64,000 nucleotides of DNA from Azolla caroliniana (lineage: Eukaryota; Plantae; Polypodiophyta). Location: positions 18,104,001 through 18,168,000 of the forward strand of contig JBHGNT010000004.1 of NCBI GenBank assembly GCA_043228905.1, written 5' to 3'. The notes below the pieces were generated by a model that did not search any database, was not told where the DNA came from, and was given only the letters and a program-made list of their open reading frames with translations. The position numbers and the translations under genes are program-made. Position 1 is the stretch's first letter; the number at the start of each line of letters is the position of its first letter. Below are positions 33,460 through 47,701 of the stretch, piece after piece.

Positions 33460-34645
33460 CTACTTCAAAAGATTGCACTCTTGCAATATAAAGTGAGGAA
33501 ATTGTGCCTTAAGAGTATGCTTGTGTTCCCATGTGACATCATCAATAGGCTTATCCATCCATTTGATCTTGAATAGCCGAATCTCTTTAGAACGTAAACG
33601 TTTAGTACGAGAATCAAGAATTCGTTCAAGAACATGAGGTTTGTAAGAAAATTCCTATAATGTTACAAGATCTTAGATTGTGATGGTGTTATCACCAGAG
33701 CCTAAAAATTGTTTTAGACGATTGACGTGAAAAACAGGATGAATACCAACGTTACGGAGTAAGGCAACGTGATAAGCAAATGACCCAACCCGCTTAAGGA
33801 TTTCAAATGGGCCCATAGTTCTAGCCATACGTCTCAAACGTGTCATACTCATACGTGAATATTCGTATCATACTCATACGTGAAATGGCTCCAAGTATGA
33901 TTGGAATCCATTCGTCTATATTTTTATTTTTTTATTTTTATTTTTATTTTTATTACTCTAAATTTTTTTTTAAATATGAAAAATAAAAAATAATCAAGAT
34001 TTTTAAAACATATGAAAAATTGGACAAATCGGTAAGGCGGCAAGTTGTAGGCAGCCTGCGGGTGAGCAGGAATCAGGAATCGGGAATCAGAAATTAGAAA
34101 TTAGAAATTAGCTCCCTGTTCGTTTCGTCCTTCAAAGAAATCTAATTTTCACTCAGAGCTCTCGATTCTCTACAGTTGACTCTCAGTTACAACTCACGAA
34201 CACTCAGAGCTCTCGAATCTCAGACTCGTCACTCCTCACAACACGACAACACGTCAAAAAAAAACCCCCCAAAAAACTCCTAAAACAATAAAAAATAAAA
34301 CCAAACGAATATCACGTATCATATGCGTACGTTTGCAAACGTTCGCATACGTCCAATTTATTGGACGTACGCGAATATTAGGAACTATGAATGGGCCACA
34401 CTATCGTGGGGCTAACTTAGCGCACTTGATTGTAGACAATGACGTAGAGTCAGTAGGGACACGCAAAAGAACTTTTTGACCAATAGTAAATGCACGAGGA
34501 CATCTATCCTGATCAGCATAAAATCGAGCACAATCTTGAGCCATCTTGACATTCTCTTTGGCAATATGTAACATTTGGTTCATGTCTTGCAAAAAATGCG
34601 TGTATTGTCTAATGTATCACGATGAATCGTGACATCAACTGGGGC
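33460..34645 (-). pseudogene. H integrase C-terminus with GPF motif and chromodomain, split by the MITE
   Basis: Manual translation: CGPFEILKRVGSFAY and ERILDSRTKRLRSKEIRLFKIKWMDKPIDDVTWE..LKAQFPHF. Confidence 0.88.
33814..34389. mobile_element. Non-autonomous hAT-type DNA transposon (MITE), 576 bp
   Basis: 8-bp TSD AATGGGCC (33806-33813 and 34390-34397); TIR CATAGTTC/GAACTATG; subterminal ATACG repeats; removal restores CGPFEI. Confidence 0.9.
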
Positions 34646-34759
34646 ACGTTGTCGCGTTATTACGTGTGTGTGTGTGTAGAAGGGCGGGACCACATGGGGT
34701 CTCAGACGAGGGAAGAAGGGAAGCCGAGAAGACGATTCCGGACACGTTCCGGAAGCAAC

Positions 34760-34804
<45 letters not shown>

Positions 34805-36198
34805 TTGACACCGACTCACACACACACGCACGCGCGACGCCGACCCAACTCATGCCCTTATGTACAGAAACGGAGGTAAGAGGACGCCAAAGCACCCACA
34901 CAGACACTGATACGCAAAACCCTCCACACATATATTACAAGATGAAGATATAATAATCGCATCGAGCCCGACCTAAGTAGCTCAGGTTGCAACAATCGTC
35001 TACTGCCAAGCCGTCGGTCGGGGAGCTCTCGAGCATGTCGTGCCGAGCGGGGTCTTGCACAGGGGACGGGGCAGCAAATAGAAACACTAGAAGTCCCGGC
35101 TCAATACACAGAACAATGAAGAGGAAGAAGCAGAGGAAAGAAGAAGAAGAAACGAAACCCTAAAACAAGAGGAAGAGAAAGAGATGATGTCTCTTAATCC
35201 AACGGTATACCCTACGAATGCAAAAATGGGTAACCCCTTCACAAGAGGCGCTCCCTTCCTTTTATAGAACAAGGAGGAAGATGCATTACAATATGGGATA
35301 AATCTCGACCTAAATGGGATTCTCTGTCCCGACTTGACTACTCTTCAGCGCCATACAGGCGCCCTCGTTATTCACACTAAATGTACAAGGGTGAGCGCAC
35401 ATGCTGCACCCCGCCGATGTAGCCAATATTTCCCGATTTCCGCCTCTAGCCGAAATTCTTCACGACATCCGCCCCCACCAAACCATACGTCCACCGGTAT
35501 GTGCCAAATCCGGTGAAGGGTGAGAGATTTCGGCTAGTGAGAAACCCGTCAACCGTAATCCGCATCCCGGCTCGCTGCCGGTTTAAATCGTCGGCCTCGG
35601 TTCTTCCTTCACGCTTACCTCCCCATAGGCTCATTCGACCCGTCGATGGGTCTTTCGCCGCGATCTCCGTAGCACGCGTACTTCCGATGGCCCTTGTTCG
35701 GCCGTATGCACGCCCCGCTCTCCACTGTATGCCCGATGTCCTCCACTTGAGGAACGCTCATAGTGGCCCGCTTGGCCTCCGTTGACCATTCGTGTTGTCC
35801 TGATTGCCGTCCCATGTTGTTTCGCGTTGCCTTCGTCCTCTCGCCGCCACCTTCCTTCTCCATAGTCTTACGTCGCCACGTCGGCTCGAACCGCCATGGT
35901 CTCCCGAACGGTGTGGAGGATCCTTATCTGGCCTTCTACGCGCTACCTCCGAACCGTGCAACCCATCTTCGCGCTCGCCTTCCCGCTCGGGCACCTCCGT
36001 GTGCCGCATACCCTCGTCCTTTGTTTGGCACTGCCTGTGCCGCACTCCGGTTCATTGCACGCATCCGAGGAACACCCCGTAGTAGCCCACTTGGCCCTTC
36101 CTGTTTTGCGTTGCTGCAACAGGTCCTGAGTCTTCCGCTCACCGTCGTCCCCTTGCCCCCACCAGCTTGTCATCCCGGTTTGTCGTGTCAGTCTTCGC

Positions 36199-39100
36199 TG
36201 ACAGGAACTCAATGCTCCTTATGTCCAATGCTCGGCCACAACTGAGATTCTTTTCATACACAGAAAGCGGGAAACAAATGCACGACACAAAGGAGAGAAA
36301 AAGGTAGACAGGATGTTTACGTGGAAAACCCCAAACTAGGGGAAAAACCACGGCAGCCCACGGGTTGCAAATTGTCACTATGTAAGAATATACAACAGTG
36401 AGTTCACTAAGGAACCGACCTCGTGCTCACAGATCTTCGCCACAGGCGGCGGTTACAACAGAGGCAACGACCTCTTTCTCTCTCTCTCTCTGTACACAGT
36501 TACGCACTCTCTCTAATTCTTGCACAAACAAAATTGACAACAACAACAACAGTTACTAAAAGTTTGCCCTAAGTCATATTTATACTAATATGACTTTTCG
36601 GCTATTTACAAATATAGCCTCGATGAACTCTCAGAAAACATATTTACGAATATGTCTCTTCATCCGGTTCATACCGGGTTTGCACCATCCGGCTCTCCGT
36701 AGCCGGGTACTCCTCATCCGGTCTCGGCCTCGACCTATCGGCCACGGCCGAGTTCGTTCATCGGCACTGTTCTTCCCCCTTCCCATCCGGAGGGACCTGT
36801 CTTCCAACAAACTCCCCCTTCACTCCGGCATGGGGTGTCTTACCAGTCCGATCCTCTTCCGGCATGCGTCCAGCTTGTCGGGTGTCAGCACTTTGGTCAG
36901 CATATCTGACCCGTTCTCGGCCGTGTGGATCTTCGTCAGTGGGAACTCCTGGTCATCTACTCTTTCCCGGATCCAGTGATACCTCCGTTGGATATGCTTC
37001 GTCCGGGAATGGTAGGCCGCATTCTTAGCAAGGTGGATGGCACTTTGACTGTCGCAGTAGAGTCGGTATTCCTCTTGTCGGATACCGAGCTCTCCGATGA
37101 GGTCCTTCATCCATAATATTTCCTTGCCGGCTTCCACAGCCGCCATGTACTCCGCCTCTGTGGTTGACAATGCAACCGTCTTTTGCAGCCTCGACTGCCA
37201 CGAAACAACTCCCCCTGCATATGTCATCACATACCCGGATGTAGACCGGTTGGTATCCACATCAGCCGACATGTCCGAATCGGTGAAACCGTCCAGTTGA
37301 GATTTTCTGGAGCCGAATCGGAGACACATATTTGAAGTGCCCTTCAAATACCGGAGTATCCATTTGACCGCGTTCCAGTGCTACTTGCCGGGATTGCTCA
37401 TGAACCGGCTCACCACTCCGACTGCATATCCTATATCCGGTCGGGTACACACCATTGCGTACATCAAGCTCCCGACGGCAGAGGCATATGGTATCTTCAT
37501 CATATCCGTCTTCTCTGCTTTCGTCTTCGGGCTTGGCTTACCGGATAGCCTGCAGTTTGCCGGAACTGTCGATCCGACCGGTTTCGCTTCTAACATGTTG
37601 AACCGGTGAAGCACCTTTGTCACGTACTTCTCCTGTGACAACCATAATTGCTTCGCTGACCGGTCCCGAATGATGTGCATCCCCAGCATCTGTCTTGCCG
37701 GACCCAAGTCTTTCATTGAGAAGGTCCGGTTGAGAGCCTTCATCAGCATCCGTATTTTGACTTGGTCCCGTCCGACGATCAACATGTCATCCACGTACAG
37801 AAGGACTATTAGGAAGTCGCCTCCTTCAAACCTCTTCACAAACACGCAGTGATCGGGCTACGTCTTGTGGTACCCTTGATCGGTCATGAAGGAATCGAAC
37901 TTCCGGTACCATTGCCGGGGAGCCTGCTTCAGTCCATACAGGCTCTTCTTTAGCCGGCATACCAGGTGCTCATTCCCTTTCTCCACGAATCCTTCCGGTT
38001 GTTGCATGTAGATCTCCTCTTCGAGGTCGCCGTGAAGGAACATCGTCTTCACGTCTAGCTGCTCTACCTCGAGGTCCATGCTTGCCGCTATACTCAGCAC
38101 CGTCCGGATGGAGGTCATCTTTACAACCGGGGCAAATATCTCGTCGAAGTCCACGCCCTTCTTTTGTTGGAACCCCTTCACTACGATCCTGGCTTTGTAT
38201 CTCGGGGGGTTGTCGGCATCTCCCGGTTTCAACTTGTACACCCACTTGTTTCAGAGTGCCCGCTTTCCTTTCGGCAACTCCACCAATTCGTACGTATGGT
38301 TCTCATGCAGGGAATCCATCTCATCCTGCATGGCACTTAACCATTTTCGGTTGTGGGTGTCTTCCTTCGCTTCTTCGAAGCTTTCCGGCTCCCCCTCATC
38401 GGTCAGCAGAACATGCTCTGCATCCGGAAATATCCGGGGGGCCCTTCTCTCTCTAAGAGGATATCTCCGTCTCTGGGCTTCGGTGACCGGCTCATCCATA
38501 TGCTCTTCATCCGAATCCGATCCGGGGTCATGGCCGGTTCCGGTTTCAGCTTCCTCTACTTCTTCTTCAGCCTGTTCGGTATCCTCACCGTAACCGGCTG
38601 GTCCCTCGAGTGCTAACCGGTCTCTTGCCGGTTGGGTCTGCTCATCGTAGAGTCGATCCTTACCGGTCGACTCGGAGTTCATTATCTTCTTCTCCGACTC
38701 CCAGTCGGCGAGCGTCTTGTTCTCCATGAAGATAATATCTCGACTCCGGAATACCTTCTTGTCGACCGGGTCCCACACTCGGTAGCCGAACTCATCGTCA
38801 CCGTAACCGAGGAATATGCATGGCCGGGTCTTTGGATCAAGCTTTCCTCTCCGGTCCTTCGCTACATGCACGTACGCGAGACACCCGAACACCTTCAGAT
38901 GCCGGTAGGACACATCCTTACCTGTCCACACTCTCTGTGGCGTGTCTCCGTCCAAGGGTACTGAGGGTGATCTGTTTATCACGTATGTCGTCGTCGACAA
39001 TGCCTCAGCCCAAAACTTCTTGGGTAGTTTTGCATGCGCTAGCATACTCCGGACCCTCTCCATTATGGTCCGGTTCATCCTCTCGGCCAGTCCGTTTAGT

Positions 39101-41492
39101 TCCGGTGTCTACGGCACGGTAAATTCGAGCCGGATTCCCTTCGAGCGACAGTACTCCTCGAACTACCCCCGATATTCACCTCCATTGTCTGCTCGAACCG
39201 CCTTCAGCTTCCGACCGGTTTCTCTTTCAACTCTCGCGTGGAGCTCTTTGAAGATGGATAACACCTGATCCTTCGTCTTCAACGGTGTGGCCCACAGCTT
39301 CCGGCTGTGATCATCTATGAACGTCACGAAGTACTGCGCTCCGGCGTGTGACTTCGTGTCTACCTGACACACATCCGTATGCACCAACTCCAGTGGTGCA
39401 TTACGTCTCATCGGTGGCCTTGGTCGGAAGGAGGTCCGGTTTTGCTTACCGGCCAGACAATCAGTGCACTTCTCCAAGTGCACGTTCTTCACTGGAATGA
39501 GTTTGTCGTCTGCAAGCCTCTTCATCCCCTTCTCGCTCATATGACACAGCCTCTTGTGCCACAGCTCATCGGCAGTGTCGGATGCCACGTTCACTTCTTC
39601 CGGACATAGTCGGGCATTCATCAGGTACAGTGTGTTTACCTTTCGGGCCCGAGCCACAATCAGGCTCCCTTTGCTGAACTTCATGACACAGTTCCGGATG
39701 CTACCCATGTAGCCCTCATCATCTAGCCGACCGGCTGATATTAGGTTCAGTCGAACCTCCGGAACGTGTCGGACATCCCTCAGCAGCAACTTGCATCCGG
39801 TTGGTGTCAACAGCCACACATCTCCTATGCCGACAATTCGGCATGTACCTTCATTCCCCATCCGGACACAGCCGTGATCACCGGCTGAGTAGGATGAGAA
39901 GCATTTCCGGTCCGGGGTAAGGTGGAACGATGCTCCGGAGTCTACCACCCAGGTCATCTCGTCGCCGGCAAGGTTTATCTCACTCTCCTTGGTGATGAGC
40001 ATCAACTCTTCTTCACTTGCCACGATTGTCGTCGTTCCCTTCCGGTCCGTCCCCTTCCGGTCTTTACCGTTCCGGTCCGGGGTCCGCTTCGAATCGGTAC
40101 CGTCGGTTTCCTTGTCTTTACGGAAGTGCCGACAGTTCTTTTGGAAGTGACCCGGCTTGCCGCAATAGAAGCAAGTGGGCCTCCCCCTTGACTTCGACCG
40201 TGTCCCCGACTTCTCCCGGTTCTGGGAACTACGGTTTCTATGTCTTCCGCGTTCCGATTCGGTAAGGAGCACTTTGGAGTCGGAGCTCGTATCTTTATCT
40301 TTCCGACGCACCTCCTCATCTAGCAAGCTCGACTTTACTCTTGCTAGGGATTGCCGTTTTCCTTCCGGCCCGGCGTTGCCCAGAGTGACGACCAACGTCT
40401 CCCAACTATCCGGGAGGGAACCGAGCAGGAGTAGTGCTAGTACCTCGTCGGCGAGAGGTACTTCCAATGATGTTGCCTGGTGTATCAGCCCCTGGAAGGC
40501 ATTCATGTGCTCCGCCATGCTAGAGCCATCTTGGTACCGGAGTCTTACTAGCTTCCGGAATACCGAAACCTGATTAACAGCATTTTTGTTTTGAAACATT
40601 ATGCCGATCTTCTCCCAGAGCTCATGAGCCTTGCTCTCTTCGTTGAAGTTGTTGTACAGGCTCATGTCGATGAAGCACCGTATGTACGCTATTGTCTTCA
40701 TGTGCATCACCTCCCATATCACGGCGTCGATTTTGTCCGGTCTCTTGTCCCCGAACTGAACCGGCAGCCAGAGGTCTTTAACCACGAGCATGTCCCTCAT
40801 CTTCGACTTCCACACTGAATAGTTGGAGCCGGAGAGCTTGAACATGCCGCCAAATGATTCGTCCATTTTCTGTGTCGTTTCGTTCTGATACCACTTGACG
40901 GGAACTCAATGCTCCTTATGTCCAACGCTCGGCCACAACCGAGATTCTTTTCATAAACAGAAAGCGGGAAACAAATGCACGACACAAAGGAGAGAAAAAG
41001 GTAGACAGGATGTTTACGTGGAAAACCCCAAACTAGGGGAAAAACCACGGCAGCCCACGGGTTGCAAATTGTCACTATGTAAGAATATACAACAGTGAGT
41101 TCACTGAGGCACCGACCTCGTGCTCACAGATCTTCGCCACAGGCGGCGGTTACAACAGAGGCAACGACCTCTTTCTCTCTCTCTTTGTGTACACAGTTAT
41201 GCACTCTCTCTAATTCGTGCACAAACAAAATTGACAACAACAACAACAGTTACTAAAAGTTTGCCCTAAGTCATATTTATACTGATATGACTTTTCGGCT
41301 ATTTACAAATGTAGCCTCGATGAACTCTCAGAAAACATATTTACGAATATGTCTCTTCATCCCGTTCATACTGGGTCTGCACCATCCGGCTCTCCGTAGC
41401 CGGGTACTCCTCATCCGGTCTCGACCTCGGCCGAGTTCGTTCATCGGCACTGTTCTTCTCCCTTCCCATCCGGAGGGACCTGTCTTCCAACA
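36199..41492 (-). mobile_element. Element F: full-length Ty1/copia, older, TSD TTCGC
   Basis: LTRs 40896-41492 and 36199-36809 with multiple SNPs and an indel; PBS TGGTATCAGAAC 40882-40893; PPT; TTCGC at 36194-36198 and 41493-41497. Confidence 0.96.
36820..40866 (-). pseudogene. gag-pol: F gag-pol with five in-frame stops (39163, 39109, 38251, 37858, 37381)
   Basis: All ORF fragments lie in one frame; full copia domain set. Confidence 0.94.
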
Positions 41493-41845
41493 TTCGCTAC
41501 TCTGACTGAGCTGTCAAGATCTACGAAGCGAGTGTGGAGGATCCTCCTCCGGACTCCCCTATCATCCCCTAACTCCGACCCTGTGCAGTCCACTATGCAC
41601 TCGTCACCTCGTTCCCGGCACCTCCCTTGTGCCGTCTTCTGCTTCCTTTGTTCGGCACCGCCCGTGCTGAACACCGTCCCGTAGTCACGCTTCGATCCGA
41701 ACCGCGATGGCCACTTGCGAGACTCTTGTTCCGTCCAAGGTGTGCCTTTCTGGCCCGACACACCTCCCCGTGTTTGCCCCTACCGGCTACTTCCGAAACC
41801 GTAACCAGCCGGTAAGGATTTGCACTTCGTCCGCCCCCGTCTTAC

Positions 41846-42150
41846 TGTTGGGATTACGGTCCCTCCGGATGGGATGGTCGGATGTCCGGGAATCGGGAAT
41901 GAAGACCCCGGCTACGGAGCCGGATGATGAAGACCCCGGCTACGGAGCCGGATGACGAATGTACCCGGAGAGAGATCCGGATGCGGGGACATATTTGTGA
42001 ATATGTTTGCCAAGGGCCCTTGAGGCTATATTTGTAAATAGCCCAAAAGTCATATGTGTATAAATATGACTTAGGGCAAACAGTTTTGACTACTGTTGTC
42101 GTTGTTACTCATTTTTCTGGTTTTCCACTTAGAGGGAGCTAAGTGAGCAG

Positions 42151-42185
<35 letters not shown>

Positions 42186-45100
42186 GAAGAGGTCGTTGCC
42201 TCTGTGTATTACCGCCGCCTGTGGCGAAGACAGTGAGCTCAAGGTTGTTGCTTTGTAGCTTCACCATTGTACATCTCTATTTATAGTGATAGTTGGAGTT
42301 TGAGGACTCCCGTGGTTTTTCCCATTTAGGGTTTTCCACGTAAAACATCCTGTGTACTCTTCTCTCTATTGTCTTCGTGCATCTTGTATTTCCTGTTTTC
42401 TGTGAGTTGATCCTATTCCTCGGTGGTGGCCGAGCACTGTGTTCAACAAAGTGGTATCAGAGCAACGGTAACACAGAAAATGGAAGGCGGCGGTAGTGGG
42501 CCTCCGGGCATGATGGTGTTGAACTCACAGAACTACGCCGACTGGAAGATAAAGATGGAAGACCTTCTCATCGTCCAAGACCTGTATGAACCGATCGACA
42601 TAGCCGAGATACCCAAGGGGGTAATAGAGTCGGAGTGGAAGCTCCTGAATCGGAAAGCCGTAGCGACGATCCGGCAATATGTCGATGTAAGTGTTCTGCA
42701 ACATGTGGCGAACGATACGAACGCCTATGAGATGTGGCAGAAGCTGTCCGGACTGTATGAGAGGAAGAATGCTCTGACCCGGACCTCCCTGATGAGGAAG
42801 ATAGTGAATCTTAAGTACCGGGACGGCGAGAGCATGGTCGAACACGTCAGCACGTTCATGGGATTCGTGAACCAGCTTGCGGCGATCAAGTTCCCGTTGG
42901 ATGACGCAATGCAAGCCATCATGCTGATGTGTACCCTTCCGGAGAGCTGGGAGAACTTGGTAGTTACTCTCAGCACCTCCTATAAGGAAGAGAACTTGTC
43001 TTTACTGACGGTAAAGACAAGTATTCTAAATGAAGAAGCGCGTCGGAGAGACAAAGAACCGGCCTCCGACTCGAAGGCGCTGCTTACCGAATCGGAACGG
43101 GGAAGACAACGGAACCGGAGTCCGCAAAGACGGGAGAAGTCGGGGACACGGTCGCAGTCGAGGGGAAGACCTACATGCTTCTACTGTGGGAAGCCGGGGC
43201 ACTTCCAGAAGAACTGTCGGCATTTCCGGAAAGACAACGGAACCGACGGTACCGATTCGAAGAAGTCACCGGAGCGAAACGGTGCATACCGGGGAGCCAC
43301 GGACCGGAGAGGTCCGGATCGGCGAGGGCAGGACCGGAAAGGAACGACGGCACTCGCGGCAAGTGAAGAAGAGATAATGCTCATTACCGAAGAAAGGGAG
43401 CTGAACCTTGCCGGTGAAGAGATGACCTGGGTGGTTGATTCCGGAGCGTCGTTCCACCTGACCCCGGAGAAGAAATACTTCTCATCCTACACAGCCGGTG
43501 AGCACGGCTGTGTCCAGATGGGAAATGAAGGTACATGCCGGATTGCCGGCATAGGAGATGTGTGGCTGATGACGTCAACCGGATGCAAAATGTTGCTGAA
43601 GGATGTCCGACACGTTCCGGAGGTTCGATTGAACCTGATTTCGGCCGGGAGGCTAGACGATGAAGGCTACACGGGTAGCATCCGGAACGGTGTCATGAAG
43701 TTCAGCAAAGGGAGCCTGATAGTGGCTCGGGCCCGGAAGGTCAACACACTATACCTGATGAATTCCCGGCTATCTCCGGAGGAGCTGAACGTGGCAGCTG
43801 ACACTGCCGGTGAGCTGTGGCACAAGAGACTGTGTCACATGAGTGAGAAGGGGATGAAGAGTCTTGCAGAAGACAACCTTATTCCAGTGAAGCATGTGCA
43901 CCTGGAGAAGTGCACCGATTGCCTGGCCGGTAAGCAGAACCGAACCTCCTTCCACTCAAGGCCACCGACGAGACGTAGCGCACCATTGGAGTTGGTGCAC
44001 ACTGACATGTGTCAAGTAGAAACGAAGTCACATGGTGGAGCCCAGTACTTCGTGACATTCATTGATGACCACAGCCGGAAGCTGTGGACGGCACCGTTGA
44101 AGACAAAGGACCAAGTGTTGTGCGTCTTCAAAGAACTCCACGCGAGAGTGGAAAGGGAATCCGGCAAGAAGCTGAAAGCGATACGAGCGGATAACGGAGG
44201 TGAATACCGGGGGCAGTTCGAGGAGTATTGTCGCTCGAAGGGAATCCGGCTCGAGTTTACTGTGCCGAAGACGCCGGAACTGAACGGGTTGGCCGAGAGG
44301 ATGAACCGGACCATAATGGAGAGGGTCCGGAGTATGCTGGCGCATGCAAAATTACCCAAGGGGTTTTGGGCTGAGGCAATGTCGACGGCGACATACGTGA
44401 TAAACAAATCACCCTCAGTACCTTTGGACGGAGACACGCCGCAGAGAGTGTGGACCGGTAAGAAAGTATCCTACCGGCATCTGAAGGTGTTCGGGTGTCT
44501 CGCATATGTGCATGTGGCAAAGGACCGGAGAGGAAAGCTAGATCCAAAGACCCGGCCATGCATATTCCTCGGCTACGGCGATGACGAGTTCGGCTACCGA
44601 GTATGGGACCCGGTCGACAAAAAGATATTCCGGAGTCGTGATATCATCTTCATGGAGGACAAGACACTCGCCGACTGGGAGTCGGAGAAGAAGATGAAGA
44701 GCTCCAAGTCGACCGGTGAGGATCAACTCTACGAGGAGCAGTCCCGACCGGCAAGGGACCGGTTAGCACTCGAGGATCCGGCCGAAGACGGTGAAGAAAC
44801 AGAACCGGCCGAGGAAGATGAAACTGATACCGGAACCGGCCCCGATCCCGAAATGGATTCGGATGAAGAGGAAACGGAGGAGCTGGTTACCGAAGCTCCG
44901 GAACGGAGATATCCTCTAAGAGAGAGAAGGGCCCCCCGGAGATTTCCGGAACCAGAGCACGTGCTGCTAACCGACGAAGGGGAGCCGGAGAGTTTTGAAG
45001 AAGCAAAGCTTGACACCCATAGCCGCAGGTGGTTAAGTGCCATGCAGGAGGAGATGGATTCCCTGCATGAGAACCACACATATGAACTTGTGGAGTTGCC

Positions 45101-46868
45101 GAAAGGAAAACGGACACTTCGAAACAAGTGGGTGTTCAAGCTGAAACCGGGAGATGCCGGCAACCCCCCGAGATACAAAGCCAGGATCGTGGTGAAGGGG
45201 TTCCAGCAGAAGAAGGGCGTCGACTTCGACGAGATATTTGCCCCGGTAGTGAAGATGACCTCCATCCGGACGGTGATGAGCATAGCGGCAAGCATGGACC
45301 TCGAGGTAGAACAGATGGACGTGAAGACGGCATTCCTTCACGGTGACCTCGAAGAAGAGATCTACATGCAGCAACCGGAAGGATTCGAGAAGAAAGGGAA
45401 GGAGCACCTGGTATGCCGGTTGAAGAAGAGCCTTTACGGACTGAAGCAGGCTCCCCGGCAATGGTACCGGAAGTTCGACTCTTTCATGACCGACGAAGGG
45501 TACCACAAAACGCAGTCCGATCACTGCGTGTTTGTGAAGAAGTTCGAATAAGGAGACTTTCTAATACTCCTCCTGTACGTGGACGACATGTTGATCGTCG
45601 GACGGGACCAGGTCAAGATACGGATGCTGAAGAAGGCTCTTCACCGAACCTTCTCAATGAAGGACCTGGGTCCGGCGAGGCAAATACTAGGGATGCACAT
45701 CATCCGGGACCGGAAGAAGAAGCAGTTGTGGCTGTCACAGGAGAAGTACGTGACAAAGGTGCTTCAACGGTTCAACATGTCGGAAGCAAGACCGGTCGGA
45801 TCAACCCTCCCGGCAAACTGCAAGTTGTCCAGCAAGCAAAGCCCCAAGACAAAGGCTGAGAAGGAGGAAATGATGAAAGTACCATATGCCTCTGCCGTCG
45901 GAAGCTTGATGTACGCAATGGTGTGTACAAGACCGGACATAGGATATGCAGTCGGAGTGGTGAGCCGGTACATGAGCAATCCCGGCAAAGAGCACTGGAA
46001 CGCGGTCAAGTGGATACTCCGATACCTGAAGGGCACGGCAAACGTGTGCCTCCGATTCGGCTCCGGTAAGCCCGAACTCGACGGCTTTACCGATTCGGAT
46101 ATGTCGGCTGATGCAGATACCAGCCGGTCCACATCAGGGTATGTGATGACGTATGCAGGGGGAGCTGTTTCGTGGCAGTCAAGGCTGCAGAAGACGGTTG
46201 CATTGTCAACCACGGAGGCGGAGTACATGGCGGCTGTTGAAGCCGGCAAGGAAATGATATGGATGAAGGACTTCATTAGAGAGCTCGGTATCCGGCAGGA
46301 GGAGTACCGACTTTACTGCGACAGTCAGAGTGCCATCCACCTTGCGAAGAACGCGGCCTATCACTCCCGGACGAAGCACATCCAGCAAAGATATCACTGG
46401 ATCCGGGAAAGGATAGAAGACCAGGAGTTCGTGCTGACGAAGATCCACACGGACGAGAACGGGTCAGACATGCTGACCAAAGTGCTCACACCCGACAAGC
46501 TGGAAGCGTGCCGGAAGAAGGTCGGACTGGAAAGACATCCCATGCCGAAGTGAAGGGGGAGTTTGTTGGGATTACGGTCCCTCTGGATGGGATGGTCGGA
46601 TGTCCGGGAATCGGGAATGAAGACCCCGGCTACGGAGCCGGATGATGAAGACCCCGGCTACGGAGCCGGATGACGAATGTACCCGGAGAGAGATCCGGAT
46701 GCGGGGACATATTTGTGAATATGTTTGCCAAGGGCCCTTGAGGCTATATTTGTAAATAGCCCAAAAGTCATATGTGTATAAATATGACTTAGGGCAAACA
46801 GTTTTGACTGCTGTTGTCGTTGTTACTCATTTTTCTGGTTTTCCACTTAGAGGGAGCTAAGTGAGCAG

Positions 46869-46903
<35 letters not shown>

Positions 46904-47166
46904 GAAGAGGTCGTTGCCTCTGTGTATTACCGCCGCCTGTGGCGAAGACAGTGAGCTCAAGGTTGTTGCTTTGTAGCTTCACCATTGTACATCTCTGTTT
47001 ATAGTGATAGTTGGAGTTTGAGGACTCCCGTGGTTTTTCCCATTTAGGGTTTTCCACGTAAAACATCCTGTGTACTCTTCTCTCTATTGTCTTCGTGCAT
47101 CTTGTATTTCCTGTTTTCTGTGAGTTGATCCTATTCCTCGGTGGTGGCCGAGCACTGTGTTCAACA
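41846..47166 (+). mobile_element. Element K: full-length Ty1/copia, sister subfamily of D/E, TSD CTTAC
   Basis: 603-bp LTRs 41846-42448 and 46564-47166 (about 3 differences seen); iMet PBS 42452-42463; CTTAC at 41841-41845 and 47167-47171. Confidence 0.97.
42480..46553 (+). pseudogene. gag-pol: K gag-pol with a single in-frame TAA at 45549-45551
   Basis: ORFs 42423..45551 and 45579..46553 share a frame; D has GGA at this codon. Confidence 0.94.
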
Positions 47167-47701
47167 CTTACTGACTCCCGATCCGCTATCTCGTGTCGTC
47201 GGGTCCTGTTTCCGACCGCCACCAACCTTCTCTCTCGGTCTCATGTTGCCACGTTGGTCGAACTGCCGGAGTCTCTGGTTCGGTGTGGGGATCCCGTAGG
47301 ACCGGACTTCCTTATGCCCATTGACCTTGCCGGAAGATCCGTAATGGTCCATATCCGCCTCGCCGGCCTCATACCTCCTTTCGCTCTACTTTTCGTCATC
47401 CGATCACGTTCACCTGCCGCCACCGTCCTTTCCTATAGGACTCACGTCGGCACTCGGGCCGACCGTCAGATCGGTGTGAGGATCTCCGTGGGGCTTGCCG
47501 TCTCGGTCTTCGGTTGCCCGCCTTGCCGTCGCCACCGTTCTTCTCTCTAGGTCTCATGCCGAACCTCGTCACCAACTGTCGGAGTGTCTAGAACCAGCGT
47601 GTGTAAGGTCGCTACAGCACTGCTTGTCGTCTTCCCAACCTTCGCGTCTGCCTCCTCGGCTAGTCGCATTCTCCTACCGACACTGATCTCTCCTATAGGA
47701 C

